This document shows positions 37,860 through 45,407 of a stretch of 64,000 nt of DNA, piece by piece. The stretch is from contig OZ245366.1 of the NCBI GenBank assembly GCA_965226585.1, positions 448,001-512,000 on the forward strand. Direction: 5' to 3'. The notes beneath the pieces are model-generated. The model was not told the origin of the DNA. It searched no databases and saw only the letters and a program-made list of their open reading frames with translations. Position 1 is the stretch's first letter. Every line of letters starts with the position of its first letter. The translations under genes and the position numbers were made by a program. The stretch is from Thermodesulfobacteriota bacterium (GTDB taxonomy: Bacteria; Desulfobacterota_D; UBA1144; Nemesobacterales; Mycalebacteriaceae).

Positions 37860-39041
37860 TTAGTTTCTTCCTTTCATCAACTTATCTAACACGGACTTAA
37901 AGAAGTCTTGCAAGTTAGATTTCTTTGCTTCGTGGCGTTCAATCTTTCCGTCAATAGACTGAAAGATTTTGGCTACCTTGATTTGTTCGGAAAATGTTGG
38001 GAGAGGGACTTTTAACCTTTGTATTGTTTTTTGACTGATATTTGGTTGAGCTCCGCCATAGCGTTCTCTTAAAATACTATTCCGTGAACGCATTATGTAG
38101 TTCTGCAAGAAAACCTCAACAAAAGAATTCTTGTTTTTTGGCAAGATTGCACAGACTGCTTGATTTGTAGTTGCTTCAATTTTTAGCACACCAGTTCTCC
38201 CGGTCGTAGCTCCGTATAATGCTATGAGTAGCGTCCCCGGTTTAAGTAATTTGGCTGATGATTCTTCAATAGCCTCTTCAGTAATGCTTTCCTCAGTTTC
38301 GTAGATATAGGCGTCATTTAATTCACCCGACTTGACCCATTGAACATTGCCTTTGTAGAACTTTGAATTGTTCCTGCTAGGAGTTCCACCACTTCTTGTA
38401 TGTGCAATTTGTTCTATGGGGACAACCTCCCACCCTTCAGGCATTTCTCCAATCTCTGTTTGCTTTGTCTTGCCGCCGTTTAATCCTTTTGTGAAGAGTC
38501 TCTCCATTGTGGCTTTTTTGAGTTCTTGAACATTGGCAATGATTTTGTCTTGCGTCTCAATCGCCTTTTGTATTGTTGAAAGAGTCTTGGCGATTTTCCT
38601 TTGTTCAGGGAGTGGTGGGAGACAAACCAGTTCTTTTTTCAAGAGATTGTAATGTCTGTTATACCCCCTGTTTGGTATTTCAATATTTTTTAGTGAATAA
38701 TAGAAAAATAGAGAGCAAAACAATTTGTTTGGCTTAATGGCTTTTGTGCCGTCAGCCCCCAAAACAAATGGGAAGTCAACATACTTTAATGTACGGGTAT
38801 GGTCACCAAATATTATTACAGGCAAATCCTCTATCACTAGTTCTTGGTTGTTCGTCCAACCCGATATAAACTGTTGTCCTTGGTCTACTACAGGAAACTT
38901 TCCTTCTGTGGAGTATTTATTTGCAGGTAGTTGTATAGATCTGTTGATGCTAAAGTCATCAATACATTCTGAAAAAGGCAAAATTTTCCACTTCTCTCGC
39001 GTTGCTTTTTCCTCCAACTGTTCTATTTCTTGTATAGTCAT
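37860..39041 (-). CDS. hsdS: Type I R-M specificity subunit
   Basis: LPPLPEQRKI, TEIGEMPEGW, SGGTPSR, GGAQPNISQ, LPTFSEQ; two TRDs. Start set at ATG 39041. Confidence 0.92.
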   Translation of the reverse strand: MTIQEIEQLEEKATREKWKILPFSECIDDFSINRSIQLPANKYSTEGKFPVVDQGQQFISGWTNNQELVIEDLPVIIFGDHTRTLKYVDFPFVLGADGTKAIKPNKLFCSLFFYYSLKNIEIPNRGYNRHYNLLKKELVCLPPLPEQRKIAKTLSTIQKAIETQDKIIANVQELKKATMERLFTKGLNGGKTKQTEIGEMPEGWEVVPIEQIAHTRSGGTPSRNNSKFYKGNVQWVKSGELNDAYIYETEESITEEAIEESSAKLLKPGTLLIALYGATTGRTGVLKIEATTNQAVCAILPKNKNSFVEVFLQNYIMRSRNSILRERYGGAQPNISQKTIQRLKVPLPTFSEQIKVAKIFQSIDGKIERHEAKKSNLQDFFKSVLDKLMKGRN

Positions 39042-39042
39042 C

Positions 39043-39525
39043 CTATATCCCAATTACCATAAAGATTATTCCGATGGTTGATGCTATCACCAATAGAATA
39101 GAGAATCCCATCAACAACTTAGTTGTATTGCTAAAATCCGAGCCTTTAAAAACCATGTTTGCTTCTTCTTTACTTAACTGGAGCGACGACTCTCCTCTCC
39201 CAAGTGCTCCATCTGCTTTTCTGTGGATTGATTTGTAATTATTGCTCATCTTTCCTATTTCTGTGCCCAGCGAAATATTGGCGCACAAGAAAAGAATCAA
39301 TGAAACTAACAATGATATTGCCAGCGATTTTGTAAGCAATGTTGGGTTTGTCGCATCGCTATTCAACAAAATAGTTCCCAGGAAAGTTAATTCTGCCAGA
39401 ATGATTAGAACAATAGAATTTAGAAATGTCAGGCCATGTCGATTCCACCTGTCAAAAATATACTTTAGTGTTTCCCTTGCCCCGTCTCTTACTATTTGAG
39501 TGTCAAACCTATTTGGTGTGCTCAT
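39043..39525 (-). CDS. Hypothetical membrane protein (about 3 TM helices)
   Basis: Three hydrophobic segments; tightly coupled to Fic and hsdS. Confidence 0.65.
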   Translation of the reverse strand: MSTPNRFDTQIVRDGARETLKYIFDRWNRHGLTFLNSIVLIILAELTFLGTILLNSDATNPTLLTKSLAISLLVSLILFLCANISLGTEIGKMSNNYKSIHRKADGALGRGESSLQLSKEEANMVFKGSDFSNTTKLLMGFSILLVIASTIGIIFMVIGI

Positions 39526-40958
39526 GTGTCACCCTTACATTCCTTGAGAATATCAAGAAACAAATGTTTGCCTTCAGCAAACAACTTTTTAACTTCTTCT
39601 TCGGAGTAGGGTTGGCTGTAGTCCTTTTTCAAACCATTCACACTCTTTGCATTCAGTCCCTCTTTTTTAATTCTTAAACCTGTTTTATAACCGAGTTCTT
39701 CCAAAAAAAATGCTAACTTGCAGTTGCAGTCAAAAGATCTATTTGCTTGGCCCATATATCCATAATATTGGTAATCTATTACGAATAAATTTCTTGCATG
39801 CCGTGAGATATACTCAAAATTCATAGTGAAGTTTTCTTTGATAGTATTAATTAGATTGTTTAGATTCTCATCCGTCAATTTAGCACCTTGGGAAATTGTT
39901 TGTAAGCATTTGTTAGAGTTGTTCTCACTATAATTTTCATCCATTCTTGTTATTTCCAATGAAGTTTGCTCAAACAGGTCGCTATACACACTAAATTCTT
40001 TGATGAACATTTTAGAAGTCTCTGCAAAACATTTATCAAATATTTCTGTGCAATTTGTCGGTGTGATTGGCACTTTTAACCCTGTTTCTTTTTGCTGTCG
40101 GATGAATTGCTGAGTTTCTTTATCAATGTCTTCAATCTCGCTTATATCTTCACCTTTTGCCGCCTTAACCCCAATCTCCAGCCAATAAACAAGAATGTTC
40201 CCAAGATATGTTGCAAGAGTATCCATATCTTCGTCATCCGCTTTCTGCAAAGCCGCAAAGTAGTTTCTTTTCTCTTCGCTCTTAATTACCAAAGGCGGGT
40301 AACCCAGTTTCAATAAAACATAGTTCACCCACAGACGCACTACACGGCCGTTGCCGTCATCAAACGGGTGTATAACGATAAAGCGGTGGTGTAGTTCCGC
40401 GATAAAAGAAGCGATTGGCAGAGTCGGTTTTTCAATCTCATTGTTAAACCAATCCATAAGTTCATTCATTTTGGGAGAAACTTCCTGAGGTTCCGCAAAC
40501 TTGAAAATCTCTCCCGTCTCTGTCCTTACGTGATTAGGTTGTGTCTTATACTGTCCGGGGATTATCTCTTTCTGAGTTTTTTGTCCGTCAGTAGTTTCCG
40601 CTTCTTTCCAGAAAGATTCTTTGAGAATAATTTTGTTCAAGCCCCTGATGTCGGCTTCCGTGAGATTTCTCTGTTTGTCTTCTGCAAACTCTCTGACTTT
40701 ATCTATTGCCACATCGTGCGCTTTCATTTCCATATAATCGCGTTCAGGGTGAATTCCTTCCTCTTTTCCCTCAAGTATTAAGGCAACAGTTTCGCCGTAG
40801 GTAAGCGTATTCCCTTCAATGTGATTTGAATTGTAGTTCCACTCCAGACGGACTTTCTTATCAAACCGTTCCTTATCCTCCGGTTTAAGCGGTTGAATCT
40901 CCCGCCATTCCTTAAAAAGCGTTTCTATGCGTTTGTTAGTTTCCTGTAAAGACATCAC
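39522..40958 (-). CDS. Fic-domain protein
   Basis: HPFDDGNGRVVR active site; SNHIEGN autoinhibitory-type motif near the N-terminus; about 200-aa unknown C-terminal extension. Confidence 0.9.
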   Translation of the reverse strand: MMSLQETNKRIETLFKEWREIQPLKPEDKERFDKKVRLEWNYNSNHIEGNTLTYGETVALILEGKEEGIHPERDYMEMKAHDVAIDKVREFAEDKQRNLTEADIRGLNKIILKESFWKEAETTDGQKTQKEIIPGQYKTQPNHVRTETGEIFKFAEPQEVSPKMNELMDWFNNEIEKPTLPIASFIAELHHRFIVIHPFDDGNGRVVRLWVNYVLLKLGYPPLVIKSEEKRNYFAALQKADDEDMDTLATYLGNILVYWLEIGVKAAKGEDISEIEDIDKETQQFIRQQKETGLKVPITPTNCTEIFDKCFAETSKMFIKEFSVYSDLFEQTSLEITRMDENYSENNSNKCLQTISQGAKLTDENLNNLINTIKENFTMNFEYISRHARNLFVIDYQYYGYMGQANRSFDCNCKLAFFLEELGYKTGLRIKKEGLNAKSVNGLKKDYSQPYSEEEVKKLFAEGKHLFLDILKECKGDT

Positions 40959-41578
40959 TTCACTCCGGCTTTTGGTCTGTAATCCCTTTCGTCAATGCAT
41001 CGGTCATACATATCCCTATCAATCTTAATCCAATCCGTATCGTTTATTCCCCTTTTGTTTCTGCTTGCCGGGCCCACCGGAAACGCGCTTGCGATTTTAA
41101 TCCAACGACTTTCCTTCCGTGCTATGTATCTAACTTCCTCCGCCACTTCGGACAAATCTTGATCTTGACTGAAGATAACTACAACATCACAGAGATTTTC
41201 AATTGCCGCCCTTGTAACATCAAGAGCGATTCTTATGTCAATTCCCTTCTCTCGCCCCACAAGTATTGGTGTGGAGTCATCCCGACTTGCATTTGAGTAC
41301 TGGAGTTTTCTGGAGAAGACTTCTATTTCCGGGACTCTTCCCATAGCCGCCAATTTATTTTTCCAAAAAGCATGCCAATATGGGTCAACTTTTTCATCGG
41401 GAGTGCCGGTACAAAAGGTAATTCCTGTTAGTTGCCATTTCTTGAGTTCACAGACTTTCTCCGAAAGTTTTTTGACTTCGTAGTTCGGGTATTTGTGTCC
41501 GAAAGCTTCCTTTGCTGAATGGAACAGATTTTGACCGTCAATGAAGAAACGGGCTCTTTTGATTTCGGGTTCAATCAT
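40955..41578 (-). CDS. NYN-domain (LabA/DUF88, PIN-fold) protein, predicted RNase
   Basis: FIDGQNL, REKGIDIRIALD, FSQDQDLSE acidic motifs; GGAGG RBS before ATG 41578. Confidence 0.85.
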   Translation of the reverse strand: MIEPEIKRARFFIDGQNLFHSAKEAFGHKYPNYEVKKLSEKVCELKKWQLTGITFCTGTPDEKVDPYWHAFWKNKLAAMGRVPEIEVFSRKLQYSNASRDDSTPILVGREKGIDIRIALDVTRAAIENLCDVVVIFSQDQDLSEVAEEVRYIARKESRWIKIASAFPVGPASRNKRGINDTDWIKIDRDMYDRCIDERDYRPKAGVK

Positions 41579-41597
41579 TGTTAAACCTCCAAAAAGC

Positions 41598-41645
41598 CAA
41601 AAAATAACCCCACTCAGAGGCCCGAAGGCAGGTCTGAGGGGGGGC
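41598..41645 (-). terminator. Terminator-like hairpin with C(UUCG)G loop and U-rich tail in the NYN leader
   Basis: Minus strand GCCCCCC-CTCAGA-CCT-GCC-TTCG-GGC-C-TCTGAG-T-GGGGT followed by TATTTTTT. Confidence 0.7.
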
Positions 41646-41737
41646 AAATAGTTCAATATAAGTATCACCTGCCCTGAACATTGTCAAGAACGATGCCAAA
41701 GTTGACAAATTCCCCGATACAGACATTTCCTTTACAA

Positions 41738-43534
41738 TCACTTTCCAGCCCCCAATTCCTTAAAAATCTTCCCGATTTCCCTGTCGCTTTTCTTTGCCTC
41801 TTTCTCAAGCATTGCCAGCTCCGCCCATATATCCGGTATTGAACGAAGAACCTCTTTCTCCGTTGTGTCTATGTAACGAGACGGCGAAAGGTTGTAGTCA
41901 TTCTCCGCCGCCTTTTTGACGGTTATGACAGTTGAAAAACGCTCTTCCTCTTTCCATTTGGAAAAGACGTTCTCAATCCGCTTTGAACCCTCATCCGTCA
42001 AATGGTTCTTCGGGCTGACCTTTTTGAACTCGTTGCTCGCGTTGATAAGAACGATTTTCCGCTTTCTCGCGGCACTTTTGTTTTTATTCATAATGATTAT
42101 GACACCCGCCGCCGCCGCATTGTAGAAAAGGTTGTCGGGAAGAAGGATTACGCCCTCAATCAAATCTTTATCAACAAACCATTTGCGTATTTTCTTTTCC
42201 TTGTCCTCTCCCGATGCCCCGCTTCCGCGTGTTACGGCTCCGGTGTCTATCACTACCGCCGCTCTCCCCCTGCTACTCATAGATTTTGCCGTGTGCTGAA
42301 GCCATGCCCAGTCCGCCTTTCCCGTTGTTGAACCGCCCTGCGACTCAAATCTGTCAAATTGGTCGTCTTCGTAAGTCCGGACATTAAACATCTGATTCCA
42401 CATCGGATTGGCGACAACAATGTCAAAAGTCTGAAGCCCCCCCGTTTTATTGCGAAACTTCGGGTTCGTCATTGAGTTGCCCCGCACAATCTCACAGTCC
42501 ATGTCGTGTATGATGGCATTCATTCGCGCCATCGCGTAGTTGTCCGGTCCAAGTTCCTGCCCGGACAGTTTTAAGGGGATTCCCTTTTTCACATCGGGAT
42601 AACGCTCGCGAAACGCAAGTTCGCACTTGATAAGCAGACCCGCAGACCCGCAAGCATAGTCATAAACGGTTTCGCCCTGAGTCGGCTTCATAATCCGCGC
42701 CATAAGCCACCCGACTTCCGTGGGCGTGAAAAACTCGCCCGCAGTCTTTCCCGAACCTTCCGCAAACTTTCTCAAAAGATATTCGTAACAACGTCCAATA
42801 AAATCCGGCTCCACATCGTGAAGACCAAGCCGGTATCTTGGCTTTGAAAACTTTTCTATTACTTCCTTGAGCGACTCGTCGCTTACCTCCCTCTCTCCGC
42901 CGGTTGTTTTGTTGTAGTCAACAAGATCTATGACACCGTTTAACAACGGATTTCTTCTGGCGACCGCGCGCATCGTTGTAGTTATCTGCTCTCCCAGAGT
43001 TTTCGGCTTCTTTCCTTTCCGCCAGTTGAAACTTTTTCTGCCGCTCAGAACTTCCCATCTGGTTTCCGGCGGCAGATAAAAGTGGATGTAACCCTCTCCC
43101 CCGCTGACCATCTCCTCCGCCTCTTCCATACTCCCGAGTTTTTCCGCAATGCGGTTCATTTCGTCTTCAAACACATCCGAGAGGCGTTTGAGGAAAACGA
43201 GCGGAAGGAGAAAGTTTTTGAACTGCGGCGCGTCTTTTTCACCCCTGATTGAACAGGCGGCGTCCCACAGCATCGTTTCCATCATCTTTCTGCTCAAAAC
43301 ATCTTGCCCGGTTTTGAGCCTGCGAACAGGCGATTCCGGGTCAGACTGTTCCGCTTTCTCCGCCATTGTCATTATTCTCTTGTGATACTTTTTGTGCGGA
43401 GACCGGCGTCCGTTTTCCCAGCCGTTCAGAGTGGAAAACGAAACGCCCAGCTTCGCGGCAAGGTTCTCCTGAGACAGATTCATCTTTTCTCTGATGCCCG
43501 CTATAATCTCTGATATGTTTTCTTTTTCCGCCAT
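41738..43534 (-). CDS. hsdM: Type I R-M methyltransferase subunit with N-terminal XRE-family HTH
   Basis: LSQENLAAKLGVSFSTLNGWENG (HTH); LWDAACSIRG, GEFFTP, YDYACGSAG, ANPMW, YNLSPSRY. Confidence 0.92.
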   Translation of the reverse strand: MAEKENISEIIAGIREKMNLSQENLAAKLGVSFSTLNGWENGRRSPHKKYHKRIMTMAEKAEQSDPESPVRRLKTGQDVLSRKMMETMLWDAACSIRGEKDAPQFKNFLLPLVFLKRLSDVFEDEMNRIAEKLGSMEEAEEMVSGGEGYIHFYLPPETRWEVLSGRKSFNWRKGKKPKTLGEQITTTMRAVARRNPLLNGVIDLVDYNKTTGGEREVSDESLKEVIEKFSKPRYRLGLHDVEPDFIGRCYEYLLRKFAEGSGKTAGEFFTPTEVGWLMARIMKPTQGETVYDYACGSAGLLIKCELAFRERYPDVKKGIPLKLSGQELGPDNYAMARMNAIIHDMDCEIVRGNSMTNPKFRNKTGGLQTFDIVVANPMWNQMFNVRTYEDDQFDRFESQGGSTTGKADWAWLQHTAKSMSSRGRAAVVIDTGAVTRGSGASGEDKEKKIRKWFVDKDLIEGVILLPDNLFYNAAAAGVIIIMNKNKSAARKRKIVLINASNEFKKVSPKNHLTDEGSKRIENVFSKWKEEERFSTVITVKKAAENDYNLSPSRYIDTTEKEVLRSIPDIWAELAMLEKEAKKSDREIGKIFKELGAGK

Positions 43535-43552
43535 TTTAATTTGCCCGCATAC

Positions 43553-43580
43553 AAAATAAACGCTATAGCGTTTATGTCAA
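43553..43580 (-). promoter_or_regulatory. hsdM promoter (TTGACA-N16-TATTTT) containing a perfect 20-bp palindrome ATAAACGCTATAGCGTTTAT (43556-43575)
   Basis: Read directly from the sequence; lies about 20-45 nt upstream of the hsdM ATG. Confidence 0.7.
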
Positions 43581-45059
43581 GTTAGACCTGTCTTCAGTTA
43601 AGTTTTTTACGAGAGATTCTCTGAAATCGTTGCTGTTCAGAACCTTTCCCCATTCAAAGCAGAACAGGCTTGTGGGCAAAAACATGACTAATCTGTTTCT
43701 TACGGATTTGTGCCCAAACTTGCTTTTTGTCAGGCACGTTATGCCCCCGTTTTCGTTTCCAATATCGTGCTTTTGTGCAAAATCAAGAAGCCCCTCAATT
43801 TCCGACAAGTTGTCATAGGGTTTATCCGACCATTTGATTTCAATCGCGGATTCAACTTTTGTTCCGGTTTCATCCGGCAATACCAAATCCACCTCCTTAC
43901 TGTTCCAGCGCGCGTAGTAGAGAGCTTCCGGCTTTTTTATCAAGTGAAACAGATGGCTGAACACCGCCGTCTCCACGAGTCTCCCAAGAACCGTGCCATC
44001 GCTGTCCTGCTCTCCCACAGTTCCGAAAAGCGCCGCATACATTGAGGGGTTTGTCAGATAGATCTTGAAAGTGTGGTCTCTTTGAAATCTTTTTATGTTC
44101 CTGTCCACCCTGCGGACGCGCCTAATAAGGAAAGCCGCCTCAAGGTATTCCAGATACTTTGAGATTGTGCTTTTGGTAACACTTGAGCCTTGCGAGAGTT
44201 TGGACAGATTAATTTCAAGCCCCGTATTATGGGCAACAGTCATGAAAAGGCGGTTGAGTTCGGGGATGTCCGTTATCCCGTATAAACTCGGCAAGTCTCT
44301 GAGGAGCACCTTGTCTATGATGTCGCTTCTGATAAAACGCCCCGGATCTTTTTTAATTTCCTCGGAAAACACGGCTTCGGGGTATCCTCCAAAATTCAGG
44401 TATTCGATGAAGTGTTTGTTGATTTCACCGATATTTTCCACTGCTTTGCCGGCATTCATAAACACTCCGCCGCTTTGGTCAAATATCTTTGACTCTTCAT
44501 CCGCAAACTTCATGTACTCCTGAAAAGTCATAGGCGGAAGAATAAAGTCCGTGAACCTTCCCGCGCCGGACTCGGTGCTTTTCAGTTTTAGTGCCGCCGC
44601 TGAAGATCCGGTAGCGATAAAGCGGTGCTGAGGGTAGGAATCAACAAGTGATTTCAGATGTATTTCCCAGTTTTTGAGATATTGAATCTCATCAAAAAAG
44701 ATATAGGCGGAACTGTCCTGCGGGACTTTCTGCAGTTCAAGAAATGTCAGAAGAACTTTTTCAAGGTGCAGCCCGGCGTAAACGGGGTTGTCCAGAGGGA
44801 TGTAGAGAATGTTTGCCGGACTGGTGTTTTCCTCTATCAGTTTGGCAATTGACTGATGCGCCATTACAGTTTTGCCGACCCTGCGCGGTCCCATGAGGAC
44901 AATGGCGCGATTTATTCCGGTTTTGCACACCAACTCATAGAACGGGTCGAAGTAGACCCTTTTGGGTTCATCCTTCCACCTCACATTCTCAGGCTGTGTC
45001 CACCACGGATTGTCAGCTTCAAGACGTTGGCGGATTTCTTTTTCCGATATCTCAAGCAT
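43572..45059 (-). CDS. AAA+ ATPase (AAA_14 + DUF4143-like C-terminus)
   Basis: GPRRVGKT, FFDEIQ, ATGSS, ESGAGR, GGYPE; C-terminal EVDLV...AIEIKW PD-(D/E)xK-like motif. Confidence 0.85.
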   Translation of the reverse strand: MLEISEKEIRQRLEADNPWWTQPENVRWKDEPKRVYFDPFYELVCKTGINRAIVLMGPRRVGKTVMAHQSIAKLIEENTSPANILYIPLDNPVYAGLHLEKVLLTFLELQKVPQDSSAYIFFDEIQYLKNWEIHLKSLVDSYPQHRFIATGSSAAALKLKSTESGAGRFTDFILPPMTFQEYMKFADEESKIFDQSGGVFMNAGKAVENIGEINKHFIEYLNFGGYPEAVFSEEIKKDPGRFIRSDIIDKVLLRDLPSLYGITDIPELNRLFMTVAHNTGLEINLSKLSQGSSVTKSTISKYLEYLEAAFLIRRVRRVDRNIKRFQRDHTFKIYLTNPSMYAALFGTVGEQDSDGTVLGRLVETAVFSHLFHLIKKPEALYYARWNSKEVDLVLPDETGTKVESAIEIKWSDKPYDNLSEIEGLLDFAQKHDIGNENGGITCLTKSKFGHKSVRNRLVMFLPTSLFCFEWGKVLNSNDFRESLVKNLTEDRSNLT

Positions 45060-45068
45060 CGCAACGGG

Positions 45069-45096
45069 AGTATAGTGAAAATGCCTAAAATGTCAA
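45069..45096 (-). promoter_or_regulatory. Near-consensus sigma70 promoter TTGACA-N16-TATACT of the ATPase (near-leaderless transcript)
   Basis: The -10 box ends 10 nt before ATG 45059; no RBS visible. Confidence 0.6.
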
Positions 45097-45273
45097 ATAA
45101 GAACAATCAATTAGTCTTATTTGCCTTTTTGCTGTTTCGGTCAATAAAATCAGTATGATGAACAATGCAAATAGTGTAATGCAAAATAAGAACAGTTGAT
45201 TAGTCTTAATGCATAGATACGCAATAAAGGTTGTGATACCAGTAAGTTATGTAATGCAAATAGTGTAATGCAA
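45095..45273. repeat. Degenerate tandem repeat with 89-bp period
   Basis: A 25-mer at 45095 and 45184 (22/25 identical) and the exact 21-mer AATGCAAATAGTGTAATGCAA at 45164 and 45253. Confidence 0.8.
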
Positions 45274-45407
45274 TGCAAGACGCATAGGTTAACAGTCCGG
45301 TAATGCAATCCGCACAAAACCGGCGCGATGCCGTCTATTTCCGTTTGTTACTTTTTGACCTCAACCTCCGTTTAATTTACACTTTCCGCCGTTTCAGGGG
45401 CGGAACT

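Noticed and set aside
36812..45059. Known SIR2 systems (Thoeris, SIR2-HerA, DSR, SIR2-pAgo)
   Set aside because: Required partner genes or domains are absent, and the nearby ATPase is AAA_14-like rather than HerA.
45095..45273. CRISPR array
   Set aside because: Only one full and two partial repeat copies, the intervals share some aligned bases, and no cas genes are in the window; kept only as an unexplained repeat.
33594..45300. Integrative element or prophage
   Set aside because: No integrase, transposase, phage genes or flanking direct repeats were seen.
45060..45407. oriC upstream of mnmG (gidA)
   Set aside because: AT-rich, but I found no convincing TTATCCACA-type DnaA boxes.
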